A stretch of 64,000 bases of DNA from Octopus sinensis (GCF_006345805.1 NC_043010.1:45694001-45758000); one strand, 5' to 3'; shown: positions 39,290-53,001, counted from the stretch's first letter. The notes: generated by a model not told the origin, from the letters alone. Program-made: numbers and translations.

Positions 39290-39572
39290 TTAGTGCTTAA
39301 GACATTTGGCTCATGATTGTGAGGTCATGTGTTTGATACTCAGTGACATGTTGTGTCCTTGAACAAGACACTGTATTTCACATTGCTCCAGTCCACTCAG
39401 CTGGCAAAAGTGAGTAGTACCTGTATTTCAAAGGGCCAGCCTTGTCACATTCTATGTCACACTGAATCTCCTCAAGAACTGTGTTAAAGACATGCATGTT
39501 TGTGGAATGCTCACTTGCACATTCATTTCATGAGCAGGCTGTTCTGTTGATCGGATCAGCTGGAACCCTTTT
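39290..39572 (+). mobile_element. tRNA-derived SINE, family B
   Basis: gtggcttagtgcttaagacatttggctcatga head, CCTTGAACAAGACAC core and family B body. Confidence 0.82.
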
Positions 39573-40035
39573 GTACCATCTTTGTAAAGGAAAGATTTTT
39601 CAGATGATGTGATCTCGATGCACAATGCTTAAAAATAAGATTGTTCTTGTTAGAATGCCTGGTAAATGACAGTCATAGCTGGAATGCCTTTCATTATAGG
39701 TCTACGTAACTTGGGATGATCTGGCAGCTATAGAACAGCAACAATATACAAACTATCATTATATCACCCAATAAACACTGACCATTTTAAATACAACAAA
39801 AATAGCACAATAACATAATGTGAGACTCCAAATACTGACAGTGAAATTAATAACCAAAAAGTTGGAAATGTTTATGTTATCCATCATTAGTCTTCATCAT
39901 TTTCTTTTCAATAATATCTGTCTAGGTTGTCCCTCAGGACGCCCCTTTTCAATAATAAAAGTGACTACATGATAATTGTTAAATTAGATTAAACTAGATG
40001 AGATATAATATATCCAAAGTACAGTAATTACTCAC

Positions 40036-40083
40036 CATATCGCAGTTCACCTATTGTGCCCTCAGTACACCGAGGATTTTTCT
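40036..40083 (-). other. Candidate short first exon ending in ATG before a GTGAGT donor
   Basis: Minus strand: TATAAA (40113-40108), CA initiator 30 nt downstream (40083), ...gaactgcgatATG|GTGAGTaa. Motif evidence only. Confidence 0.3.
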
Positions 40084-40479
40084 GGCTAATATATTAATAT
40101 ATATAAATTTATATTGCACTCTTCAGTATATCCCTGGTTTCTGCAGCTGATAGGTATTAATTTTTTTTTTTTAGATTTAAATTATTTCTGTGGTAAAATA
40201 AGCATTTTCACACCTAAAAATTTAAAAAATCAATAAATAAAAATACAGTATAGTACTGCACTGTATAACACATTAATGAAAATATGTTAAAAGAGGATAC
40301 ATAGTGTATTGTAGATGAGTAAACAATGACACGAATATACTGTATGCAAAATGAAAATTGGGGAGGCAAGTGTGTGGTGTTCTTTTGCATTTATAATAAA
40401 ATAAAATATATACAAATTATAAAAATAATAAAAAAAATATACAGTATGGTCTAGATGCACAATGCTTAAAAATAAGATT

Positions 40480-40877
40480 GGAGTGGCTGTGTGGTAAGTA
40501 GCTTGTCTACCAACCACATGATTCCAGGTTCAGTCCCACTGCGTGGCACCTTGGGCAAGTGTCTTCTACTATAGCCTCGAGTCGACCAAAGCCTTGTGAG
40601 TGGATTTGGTAGACGGAAACTGAAAGAAGCCCGTGGTATATATGTGTATACATATATATATATGCGTGTGTGTGTTTGTGTGTCTGTGTTTGTCCCCTAG
40701 AATTGCTTGACAACCGATGCTGGTGTGATTATGTCCCCGTTACTTAGCGGTTCGGCAAAAGAGACCGATAGAATAAGTACTGGGCTTACAAAAGAATAAG
40801 TCCCGGGTCGAGTTGCTCGATTAAAGGCGGTGCTCCAGCATGGCCGCAGTCAAATGACTGAAACAAGTAAAAGAGTA
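40480..40877 (+). mobile_element. Family A SINE, full length, young (CpG-rich)
   Basis: Complete head to GAAACAAGTAAAAGAGTA tail; many intact CpGs. Confidence 0.95.
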
Positions 40878-41749
40878 TTGTTTCTACTTGGTGAATTTTC
40901 AACTATCACTGGGGTTTCAGAACGTAACTCCTGCGATAGTTGATTACTGTACATTAAATTTCTTTCAATGAAGAAAAATAACCTATATTTTGTATTTCCA
41001 TTTTTCTTAAGATAGTAGGGTGTGACTTGAGGAAGATTTTGTAATTATTTCTTGTAGATAAAATGACTATGTAGAGACTTTCTTGTTGCAGATATATTTC
41101 ATCTATAGATTTTATACTTTAATTGATTGTATGTATGAATATATTTGTGTTTTGTATGTATATGTACACAGCTGGTGGTACATCTGTACTGCATTTCTAC
41201 GTTTCTTTCATATGGTAGTATGAAAGTGAGCCATTCATGACAAACTTTAGGCATAGAAAGAGAGTAACAGGGTAAAACAAACATTAAAGAAAATGGAGGG
41301 AAATAAGGAATGACTCATTTAAATTGGCAGGGTTTGAGGTTTTTTTGCCCAGTCTCCAGAACAGCTGTAAGAATTTGATAATAGTGCAAATTTTCAAGGT
41401 CAGAATCATTCCACTTTGTCTACTGTTTATAACTAAGAAAAGAGGAAGGGCATGTAAGTGCTTTTGCCTGACAGCATTGCACAAAAATGGTAAGAGTTTA
41501 GCTACGTGTCTATATGGTTTGAGAATTATTATGATGTACCAGGAAAATAAATGAGACAACAGAATTATCTGAATATGGGTGATGTTTTTTTTTTCGTTTT
41601 GTTTGGTTGGTTTCTTTTTGTAGCAAATTCCTTTATTTCTCTGTTCAGTGATTAATGAGAAACAGTAAAGACTTCCATTTAGTTTCTTGAACATTTTACA
41701 CAATGTACTTACTCTACCTGGTTCTATCTGAGAAGTACATACCATCTAG

Positions 41750-42035
41750 AGCAGTGTTTTTACCCTTACATAACCCCTAAAATAAATTACATGTCTCAAG
41801 GAACTCCTGCACAAAAAAAATTATATACCATATCTTATATCTTTTTCATTGTAGTTCACGTGGTAAATATCATATATATATATAATGTATGTATATGCAC
41901 ATATAATGTGCATGTATAGTAATATTACGATCAGGAAATTAGCATTAACTTATCTCTCTCTTTCTCGTGGAACCCCTAGGAATCTTTTATGGAACCCAAG
42001 GGTTCCGGGGGAACCCTGGTTGAGAAATGCTGACT
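41750..42035. mobile_element. Possible hAT-type MITE remnant
   Basis: CAGTGTTTTTAC...GGAACCC...GGGTTCC...GGTTGAGAAATGCTG resembles CAGTG(T/G)TTCTCAAC-type ends; no TSD found. Confidence 0.4.
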
Positions 42036-43258
42036 TAATATGGAACAAGTTAGTGAAAAATAAATTCTGATGTGTATTATATTTTAGTCCCTAAATATCT
42101 TTAATTATCAGGCAGTAGAAGATTAGCCCTCTGTCACAGATTAAGTTTTCATCCCAGGTTTTAAATCTTTCTCTACATTTATTTTACTAATGCATTTAAG
42201 AAAGACATGAACAATGTAAGGTTTTATTTCTTTCTCCACCAAATGAGTCTTAAGTTTCATATCAGCTTAATATTGGTAATAAGATACTAAATCCAGCATA
42301 TTCTTCATTGGATACGACAATAAGTTATATCCAGAAATTCTTTGTTTTTTTTAAAGATAACAGAATAAGCAAAAGACTTCCCTTCATTTATTCATATAAA
42401 CATATCTTTGGAAATAGTAAATATTATCTTTTTATAACAGTGATCATTAGGATTCACTGATTTATTTATGTTAAATAGTCTTTATCAGTTTCATTCCTTT
42501 TAACACTTTTGTCTTTCTTACATAGTAAATGCACAAAGACATTTACCTTCCATAGGTTACTGTTGCAGATTGTGAATAACTTAGTTATTAAGAAGGAGCT
42601 AAGAACTAACTAATCTCTGGAGTTTCTCAAAGTGCTATATTTTTGAAATGTAGCATTTTTTACTTGATTACCTGAATAGATATTTTACAGTGTCTTCCAG
42701 GCTCCTAGTTATCCAATGATGTATAATGAAATTTGGAATTTTATTGCCTATAATCTTGTATGTATGAATGCTGGTGTAACTCTCCCTTCCTTATTATTTG
42801 ACTTGAGGCTTCAGAAAGTGATACCACATATCACACAAAGACAACTTTAAATTTCATTCCTCTGAAATTTTCTGAGGTAGATTTAACTTACAATAATCTT
42901 TCATCTACATGATTGACTTTGTTGAGGTTCAGTTTGTTACTTAAACATACGGACATTTGTACTCTTCATGTAATCCTCAGGCAGAATCAGTGTGACAGTG
43001 TGTGGCAAGGCTGACCCTTTTGAATTATAGGTAGAGTCCAACAGATCCCTTTACTATTTTCAGCTATCTTCTTTCACATATAAGGCTTTGGTTGATCAGA
43101 ACCTATAGTAGAAGATACTTGTCCAAGTGACCCTAACTCTTGATTGCAAAGCAGATACTTTAACCACACAACCATAATTCTGTACATTAAAATACACATT
43201 CATAGATATTTATGCATACGCGCAATGTATATATGTGCATGCTTTTCTGCTTTTATTT

Positions 43259-43292
<34 letters not shown>

Positions 43293-43494
43293 ACATAGGT
43301 ACGCTTGTATGTATAGTTATGTGTATAAATGTAGATGATATTTCTTAGCAAAGTTATTCAAGATATAGATTAAAAACTTGAGTTTTATCTCAGTTTGACT
43401 TCTTCATCTTTCAGAATTTGATATTTTGGAATCATTTTCCTGTTTCTCAAGTTGTGATGTAGACAAGTAAGAATCAATAAGGAATAAAGAAATA

Positions 43495-43829
43495 AATAAT
43501 AATAAAAGACTCCGCCGGTTACGACGACGAGGGTCCCAGCTGATACGATCAACGGAACAGCTTGCTCGTGAAATTAACGTGCAAATGGCTGAGCATTCCA
43601 CAGACACGTGTACCCTTAATGTAGTTCTCGGGGAAAATCAGCATGACACAGAGAGTGACAAGGCTGACCCTTTGAAATACAAGTACAACTCATTTTTGCC
43701 AGCTGAGTGGACTGGAGCAATGTGAAAATAAAGTGTCTTGCTCAGGGACACAACGCGTCGCTGGGAATCGAACTCACAACCTTACGATCATGAGCCGAAT
43801 GCCCTAACCACTAAGCCACGCGCCCTCAC
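43495..43829 (-). mobile_element. tRNA-derived SINE, family B, full length with 14-bp TSD
   Basis: TSD GGAATAAAGAAATA at 43481-43494 and 43830-43843; intact A box TGGCTTAGTGG and B box GTTCGATTCC. Confidence 0.95.
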
Positions 43830-45526
43830 GGAATAAAGAAATAGAAACTTGTTGACTCTGTGTTTTTAATTTTGTTCTAGCTATGTAGAAGAATTGATAT
43901 TTTCTTTCTATTTTTTTTCTTTCATTTGATTCATAGACTTACTTTGAGTTACCTGCAGCCAACTTAACTACGTTACAATAAGAAAATATTAAATGCCGAT
44001 ACAGTGCAATTCTAAAGCTTACTTTAATTACTGTTATTTACAAAATCGTTATCATATTAAGCATTCTTTATTATTTATTATAACCATCATTATGTTGGCA
44101 AAGAAAACTTTGGTGAATGATCTCATTAACCTATAAGTGTGAAATAGGCATTTAAGATTTAATTGTTAGATAAAAGTAAGTATAATGGCCAAACATTGTG
44201 GGGTCTGTTTTTGTACTGAGCTGGTTTTGATTCCTTGTCAGAGAATGTTTGTTCCAATGCCCTTAAGCATTGCAATTAAGCCTAATTGCATTAGCACTGA
44301 GAGGATGTACTATAAGGTTGATTTAACTTTAACTATGCCTAATTAAGAGCTTGCCAACAACTTTAAATATAAAATTTCTTAAGCAGGTAGGGACAGCCAA
44401 GATAGTATAATATCAAAGTAAATGGTACCAGCTCATATCATTTAGACATCCATCCATTCATCCATCTTCTCTGCCAACTATTCTTGAGAGGGTTGTAGGA
44501 GCAGAGTCCTCAGGCACCTTCTCTATAGGGTCCTATCAGAAGCGGCTATCATTACATTTTCCAGTTGGACTCCTAAGTGTGACAAACTGAGCATCTTGTT
44601 CTTGGTTCACCCCATTTAAACATTTGAACTCCAAGTTGTATGATAAGCTTGATGTTTCAATACAGTACCCTTATCTCTATATGAAGTCATTAGATTAGCA
44701 TATTTTTCTACAAAATCCTTAAATGAATTTATACTTGTATTTGCTTAAAAATACACAAATATGCTTTCTTGTATTTACTGTCATACGGTCACATTTTTTT
44801 TTATGATTGAACATTTATTGACATCTTTACATACAATAGTTGCTCTTTATCTCCCTCTATTTTTGTGGTTGTGGATGTAAATGCAAATAATGCTATATAG
44901 AATGCCTTAAATCTGTGACATATAAGTGTGTTATTATATAAATGTTTACTAAGGAATAAAATTACTCTGTGTGTGTGTATGTGTGAGAAGTCCTTTAGAT
45001 TTTAAAAATATTATCCTCTTATACATTTACTCTGAAAACCGAACATAAAATATAAATAAATTAAATAACTTGCAATCAGTTTTGGCTAACAGAAGCAACT
45101 GTTTCATTTCACTGTCATAAATATAATTAGGGAATAAATTTAATAACTGCACTATTACAACTACTACAAACCTTGGTTTGTTTCTAGTTAAGAAATCAAC
45201 ATTACATGCAGAAGTCAGCATTACTAATCAACATTATTAATATTTGTCAATAAAATGGTATGGAGGATGAATATTTAACGTACAGTGTTTTCAACTTCAA
45301 ACTGACACATTTATCAGTTTTCCTACAAATAGACAGATATTCTTTAATTCTATAGCTGAAGGATGGTTATTTGGAAGAATCACCAAGCTATCTATTAAAT
45401 ATGTTGATAATTAAAATAAAATGAGCAAAACACTTGCGTTTATTAATTCATTAATTATGTAGATTTATCTTATGCAAATGTCATAAAATCAAATAGAAAT
45501 ATCAAATATATTCCAGAAGTCAGGCA

Positions 45527-45678
45527 CAGGTGTGGTTCTGTATTTCAGAAATTTGCTTCCTAACCATGTGGTCTTGAGTTTGGTTCCACAGTACAGCACC
45601 TTGGGCAGGTGTCTTTTACTATAGACCTGGACTGATAAAAGTCTTGTGAGTGGATTTGGTTGCCAGAAACTGAAAGAA

Positions 45679-45722
<44 letters not shown>

Positions 45723-45890
45723 CACCCCACCACCACTTAACAACTGGTGTTGGTTTGTTTATATACCATAACTTAGCAGTTTGATAAAAGACACTGACAG
45801 AATAAGTACCAGGCTTAGAAACAAAATAGTATTGTGTTTGTTTTGTTCAGTTGAACTCTTGAAAGCAGTGCCTCATCATGGATGCAGTAA
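45527..45890 (+). mobile_element. Family A SINE, diverged, with expanded internal (TG)n
   Basis: Head, core, (TG)n at 45682-45720 and a degenerate tail. Confidence 0.82.
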
Positions 45891-46762
45891 AAAATAAATG
45901 ATAGCCAACAGTGGTTGTTTCTAAAGAATTAGTAGTGTGTGTACATATATGTATAAACGATAGATACAGAGAGTGATTGACAGATGTGTGGGAGAGAGAC
46001 AGACAGACAGACAGAAAGAAAGAGGAAGCAGTTTAAGCAATATGAACAATTTCTCAGTTACATATAAATTTTAATTTTGCTGTTGCTACTCACTGTATAT
46101 TTGTGATTTGATCATTCTATACTGAGTTGCATGAAATATATAAAGTACTCACTGGAATGCTATTGCCATTTGTTTTCTTTTTATCTACAACTATCTCTCT
46201 ATCTATCAATCTACTCTTTACTTTTCTAAACACAACTAAGATACTGCTTTTTTTCTAACAAGTTTTTGAATAAAAAAAAACCTTTTTAAAAGATCTATGA
46301 AGTTCCCAGATCATTCAGTACAAAGTATTATATGTAAATATTTGTATTTAAATATAAATTTATTTTTCTGTATTTTCACGATATTTCATTTTCAATGCAT
46401 TTAAAGTTGATAAAGATATTTAGCATTATTACTGACATGACAAGTACAATAGTATTACATTAAAAAAAAATCATTTGAAATTATAATTTTCTCTGTTGCA
46501 AATGAATAAGCTGTTGCAAAAACCAAGGAAATTCAGCTACTTTGCACCCTACCAGCTGTGACCACCATCATGTCATTTAATCATTTAAGAATTAACTGTA
46601 TAACAAAATAGTTGCAATGTATTCTGCTTGGCATACACACTGCATGGTCTACGACAAACAGTGTTGTAATGTATGTAGTATGAGAAGAGTTTCAAGTCAA
46701 ACTTACTCTGTTGTGGGAACTAATAGTTTGCTTCTAAATGAATAATCCTTACTCTCTTTACT

Positions 46763-46964
46763 CTTTTACTTGTTTCAGTCATTTGACTGCGGCCATGCTG
46801 GAGCACCGCCTTTAGTCGAGCAACTCAACCACGGGACTTATTCATTTTGTAAGCCCAGTACTTATTCTATCGGTCTCTTTTTGCCGAACCGCTAAGTGAC
46901 GGGGACGTAAACACACCAGCATCGGTTGTCAAGCAATGCTAGGGGAACAAACACAGACACACAA

Positions 46965-46997
<33 letters not shown>

Positions 46998-47168
46998 CAT
47001 ATATACGACAGGCTTCTTTCAGTTTCCGTCTACCAAATCCACTCACAAGGCATTGGTCGGCCCGGGGCTATAGCAGAAGACACTTGCCCAAGATGCCACG
47101 CAGTGGGACTGAACCCGGAACCATGTGGTTGGTTAGCAAGCTACTTACCACACAACCACTCCTGCACC
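46763..47168 (-). mobile_element. Family A SINE, full length, young
   Basis: Reverse complement of the 40480 copy; tail expanded as a (GAGTAAAA)-like repeat. Confidence 0.95.
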
Positions 47169-47294
47169 TTGTACACTTTCATAATCAAAATGTAGAATAA
47201 TTGAGAGGTGAGTTCAGCTTTTGATGCAGCTAGGTGATGTTGGGAAAACTGGTGTGAAAAAGTCCCAGTGGAAAGATAGAATGTCTAAAGTGTT

Positions 47295-47522
47295 TTAACC
47301 CTTTAGCATTCAGATTATTCCGTCAAATGTAATGCTTATTTATTCACACTGTTTTGAATTAATCATGCATTATCTCACAGCATTGAGATTTTGATGAGGT
47401 AATTGCTTATTTTTAGAATGACATTGCAGCATATGTGCGAGAGGTCAGATCTGGCATGTTTGAACAATAAACAGATAGAATATTTGGGCCTGATATGGCC
47501 AGTTTAAATGCTAGAGGATTAA
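47295..47522. mobile_element. piggyBac-like MITE, family 1
   Basis: TTAA|CCCTTTAGCATT...AATGCTAGAGGA|TTAA. Confidence 0.85.
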
Positions 47523-47989
47523 TTGTTAAAGTATGGTATAGTGAATGAATACTTAGATGAGAAGAGATGGCTGCATCAAGTGTATATAGGTGGGGGATAA
47601 AATACACAACCAGCAAGTTAAAGGGATCAAAAGTAGGTGTTTGCAGCTTATTGGTTAGTTAGTATCATTAAACTGTTAGTGATCAATATAAATCCTTTTT
47701 TGTTTTTTCCTTTTCAATATAATCTTGTTTTTGATGCACTCAAGGGCATGTATGGATTTAAGTTAGTATATTTATATCACCATCAACATTTCCATATCCA
47801 CTTATCCATGCATGCATGAGTTGGCACCTTCCTGTCATCAATTCTTACCTGTTTCCACATGGTTAGACATGTTTTCATTGAAGATTGGAAACAAAGGACA
47901 CTGCTTGTATGATGGTGATACTCATTTACATTGATCACATGAAGTAAAGACAAGGAGTCACCATCTTACATCCACATTCACATATGCAT

Positions 47990-48160
47990 ATATGGTGGCC
48001 TTCTTTCAGTTTCCACTTACCAAATCCACTCATAAGATTTTTCTTGTCCCAGGGTTATATTAAAAAAAAAAAAAGAAACAACACTTGTCTAAGGTGCCAT
48101 GCTGTGTAACTGAACCTGCAGCCTAGTGGTTGGGAAAGAAGCTTCTAAACCACACAGACA
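47990..48160 (-). mobile_element. Family A SINE, partial
   Basis: ttctttcagtttccacttaccaaatccactcataag...cacttgtctaaggtgccatgc...aaccacacag. Confidence 0.75.
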
Positions 48161-49699
48161 GGCCTATTAAAAATAAAGGTTCCTATTATTAACACAGTTT
48201 GTTCCATTTAGAATGTAATAAACTGTAGTAGCAGCATTGCTTTCTTAGTCTACTTAGTTTTCATTCTAAAATTTTTGATTGAGCCGTTTAAAATTACTTT
48301 TAAACAGATAGGTTTCAACTTTCCAAATTCCTCCAGGTTTATCAAAGAAGAGAAACTAATCTATTGAAATTTTTGCCCCCTTTTTACAATTGCTACTATC
48401 ACATCACATTAGAGAACTAGTGCTTATACACTCGATTCTTGGATAACATATTTCCAGTGTTTATTAAAAATGTGGGATTTTCTATGGGTGTGTCATGCCA
48501 CTTCAGTTTCCTGTAGTATTAGCATTACATAGCTTGGCATCTGTGAAGAAAAAGTTAGGGATAAGAAACCAAAAGAAAAATGAAAAATAATGGATAAAAG
48601 ACAAGAGAAAATATTGTTGCTCTTTAGAAAATATTAAATTCCTCCTCAGGGATAAACTACTTCCCTTACATTAGGGCACTTTGTAAATTCTTTATTGCAA
48701 ATCTATTCAAATAAGTATGGCTGAGCTGCTGCCACAGCCAACTGTCAAAATTCTTAAGTAACTAAATCCTGAAAGGATTTCTTTTCTTTTACAAGTACCA
48801 TTAGTGCAAATTGAAGAGATGTTAGAATAATATAAGAATGAGAGAAAACAAGTTATTTTTTCTCTTTCCATTTTTGACTCACTCATTTACTGGTTGTAAT
48901 TAACTCTTTAGAATAATCTCAATTGTTTGTACTATATTTACTGTAGCCAGTTGTTAAATTAATCTACATGTGAGTGTATGTAGGAATTGAAATCTGGCAA
49001 ATCAATGTGTTTCCATTTCAGTTTTTAAAAAAATTCTTTTTAGCTATTTTAATCCATTTCTTTAAGCTTTGCAAACCATCAGTTTGCAGTCAGCAGGGGA
49101 TAATACATTCAAGGCTCATGTGCCTATGAGGGATCTGCTGCAGGGTAGCTTGATGTACTGGAAATAGTAGTGAAGCTTCCTTCTATCCACATACTACTGT
49201 TTTAAATTGGAAGGCAATTGGGAGAATGTAATGCTGGGATGTACAGAATGATATTGTGGTCATGACTGGAACGTCTTTGCTTATAGGTTTCCCTTTTCAG
49301 GGTCTTCCTGAGGATGAACAATAAGAATATCAGTAGCATACAAGGTTTGAAATTGGTGAAAACCAAGGTTTCCTTTCAAGGAATAGTGATATATAAGCAA
49401 ATTATATGCAAATGCATTTTGTGTTTAATAATCTATTTGTAAATTTCTTATACATTTATGATATATTCCCTAAGGTAGGAAAATCTCGATACCTGTGAGT
49501 AGTAAGGTGGGTCTAAGGAAATTGTAGACCCTGTTTAAACTGAAATTTCTTAGCTTTTCTTTGTGGCATCAGATGGATTTAGCACTGCCAATGTCAAACC
49601 TTTCAATGGTAGTTTTATAATTTATTTAATCTCTTAAGAAATTTAAGTATATAAAAGAGAAAGAAAAAAATATAATAATTCCTATGTAGGATTTCCCAA

Positions 49700-49864
49700 C
49701 GCACTCAGCTCACTCTGCAGAGTGGTTGATGCTAGAAAGGGCATCTAACCATAAAAATTTTTTTAAAACTTTCCGAAACAGACACAGAAATATGGTGCAG
49801 GCTTCAGCTTGGCTTACTCTTGTCAAACTGTCAGCATGCAAGGGGGACGTTAAACGATGATGAT
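49700..49864 (+). mobile_element. Degenerate RTE 3' end
   Basis: ...gagtggttgatgctagaaagggcatc...ggacgttaaacgatgatgat. Confidence 0.65.
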
Positions 49865-50639
49865 AGAATGTATTTTGAGGATTCTTTATGATTAAAAATA
49901 TTAAGAGATACTACTTAAAGTCTTGAGACTCAACCTTGCAACAATTTTGTTTAATATCTTCTGAAAATATCAAATGAATTTATGTTAGTCATTGATGTAG
50001 GCTTCTGAATTTTATTATTCCATGTGAAACGGTAGGGGATTTGCAAATGGTGACATTTCTTCTTCTATCCATCATAACTCAATAAATATTCTGGGTGGGT
50101 GTATGATTATGAGACAGGACTGCATTTCAATATTTTTGGTACTTTAAAAGAAGACAAAGTTTATAAGCAGCTTTATATCACCATCATTTAACATTCATTT
50201 TCCATGCAAGCATGGGTTGAACCATTTGACAAGATGCAGCAAGCCACAGTGCTATGCTAAGTCTATGCCCTTTCTCATGCCAACCACTTTGCAGTGTGTA
50301 CTGGGAGCTTTTATTACTTTTTCAGTTAGTTTTCCATACATGGCTATTATAGACACTTTTGTATATGTAGATAATTTCTGATTATTATTAGAGAAATAAC
50401 TTTACAGCTGGGTGTTTTTTTTTAAATAACTATTATGCCCTGAATTAAAGTGTAGGGCCTATTTTTCATGTAGTTTAACTAAAACAATGGATTTGATTTT
50501 ACTCAATGCTCATCATAAGCATATATAGCTGTTGTCCTTCTTGAGCAAATATCATATCAAAATATCTCTAGATCTTCAGAAAAGTGCTGTTCTAATTTAT
50601 TTTGTATCCAAATAGTTCTCTCATAAAATGAGAGAAATC

Positions 50640-50817
50640 AATCCTCAAGCCATCTGCTCGCGATACCAGAGGGCGCACACTCTCCTACCCTGATGTAATC
50701 TCCAGGGATACAGGCATCCAGCAACAGGACCTCCATAATGCTATGGTGGGCCCTGAAGTCTGGCATAACATAGTAAATTCCATTGTCTCGACCACGGTCA
50801 AACAATGATGATGATTG
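50640..50817 (+). mobile_element. RTE-clade LINE ORF2 C-terminus with (TGA)n tail
   Basis: LKPSARDTRGRTLSYPDVISRDTGIQQQDLHNAMVGPEVWHNIVNSIVSTTVKQ* followed by tgatgatgat; typical RTE C-terminal GRx..TY.D.I..DTG...L..AM..R..W pattern. Confidence 0.8.
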
Positions 50818-51534
50818 CCTAAAGTTATTTCCAGAGCTATCAAAATAAGTCATATATCCAAACAAGATGAAAAATACCTTACAATGGAAAGCAGAAGCAT
50901 GTGTATTACAAGGTTGGAACAAAATATTGAAATAAGTTTCATTAAAAACTGCAAAATCAGCTTCACTCATTTCTCTCTTTCGTTTGGGTTTACTTATTTA
51001 TCTTGTTGTTGTTTGCTAAAGAGTATATATAAGACAACATTGATTATATGCCCATTTCCATCCAATGGTTATGGCAGCGACTGTTTTAATGGAGTTTATC
51101 ACTGAAGCTGTTATCCTTATCAAGTTTCTATTCATGACAACAGAAGCCATTGCAAATCTATTTAATTTTGCATAATCAATAATGCAGAAACTGCAGCTGC
51201 TGTTGTTGTCATTTCTGCTATTACTGTTGTTGATTGAATCATTATTTAAAATAATAAAAAGAAAAGTCAGTTTAACTTTATCTCATTCGATAGATTTAAA
51301 TTGACTCTAATACTATTACTTCTACCTCTTGCTCTTTCTCCCTCCTCTCCCCTCCCTCCCTCTTTGTAATATATGTATGTATATATATATAATATGTATT
51401 GTAAATATATATATAATATGTAATATACACACACATATATATAGGCTGGGAAATGAATTTGTTCATTTTTTTTTCCTGTCTTCCCATTTATTTTAATTCT
51501 TAGTTTTCATCTGCAGTTTTAACAAATCAGTTTA

Positions 51535-52160
51535 TAATATATTTTCCTTCATTGTTCATGACTTCTTGCCAGTGTTCCACTAGCATGTCAGTGCTTTGAC
51601 AATAGAAATCACCAGGTCTTGACTCAAAGAATTCATCAAACTACTTTTTCAGCTGCACATGGTTGCTGAATAAAGCACCTCATAAACTAATGGAAAGCAA
51701 CTATAAAAGCAACTATGCCAAGAGTATGCATTGAGTGCACAACTTTCCAAACTAATCTTTAGAGTTGTATTTTTAGTCAAAGTGTGAAGTTGTTGTAGAA
51801 GCATGCCATGTCACTCATCAGGCAATATCAGCTGGATTGCCTTGTTGAGCTGCACATTTAGTGAGCATAAAGCTCTGCATTGGTCATCTATGTTTTCAAG
51901 CATTTCGTACTAGACTAGTCCTTCCAATCTCATCAAATTCAGATCCTTTTCATGCATAGATGCATGGCTCGAGGTGTTGCTCTCTTGTTGGGATTCATTT
52001 TCTCTTCTGCTTTATATTGATATAAAGGGACCGTTTTTCATCACCAGTGACAATGCAGAACAGAAATCTGTTTGTGTTGACAAATAACCCTCATGTCCAA
52101 CAAGCAATTGGTGGTGATAGAGAAGTGCTGGAATTTGTCTCTTTTGTTCAGAGTATGCAG
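51535..52160 (-). mobile_element. Mariner (DD34D) transposase pseudogene remnant
   Basis: Minus translation with frameshifts: FLFCIVTGDEKRSLYINIKQKRK, TNAELY, FDEFFESRPGDFYCQ..DMLVEHWQEVMNNEGKY. Confidence 0.82.
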
Positions 52161-52179
52161 ATGCAATAAATAACATTAC

Positions 52180-52600
52180 TAGAGGTGCAGGTAAAGGAGT
52201 CGGTGATGTGATTTGGATGGTGGTGTTGGAGAGGTATGGGCAGGTGCAACAGCTTGGGTGGGAGCAGGGAAAGGAGTCGAGCTGGGAGGCAAGGATAAGG
52301 AAGAAACAATGGCGGTCACGCAGGTTATGGGTTCGTTGGAAGGATGGAAGGGATAGGTTAGGGAAGATGTATGAGGTGGAGGGGTCAGACTGGAGTCACC
52401 AGGAGGCTCAGAGAATGGTGCATTGGGGTGGTAGGTGAGGGGAAATAGGAGACGGGTAAGGGTGGGGTGTGTGCAAGGAGAAAGAGCAGAGGCACAGTCC
52501 ACAGATCGTACCCAGGCAAGGGCAGTGTGGATAATAGTGAGGAGATATCCACATAGTATGTAGCAGTGAGCCATGAGTTGAGAATGAGTCTCAAAGTCAT
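52180..52600 (-). mobile_element. Penelope-like element remnant (RT-endonuclease linker)
   Basis: ALAWVRSVDCASALSPCTHPTLTRLLFPLTYHP within ORF 52179..52778 resembles the PLE AL..VRS..R.SAL.P......R.P.PLTYHP linker. Confidence 0.6.
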
Positions 52601-53001
52601 GGTCATCACTACATATACATATATATGAGTATACATATATAAATACACACACATATTTTGTTAAGTGTTGATGATGAATATGATTATAGTAATTATTTAT
52701 AAAATTTAAGTACGAACAATCAAATAAAATATAATCCCTTTTTAAATCTTGTTTGTTGATAAATTTGTATATTTTCAATAGATTAGCATAAGACTATGAG
52801 AGAAAAGTAAGTGAACTTATTTCTATAATCTATACAATACCTCACTCTATAACCTACGCAAGTAACTCTTTGTAATCTACTTAGTATCACACTGTGATTA
52901 TAATTTCTAGTCTGTGGGCTTTTACATTCTATAGTCTATGCAGTATCTCACTGTATAGTCTGCTTAATATTGTATTCTTTAGTTACACTCAATATATATA
53001 C

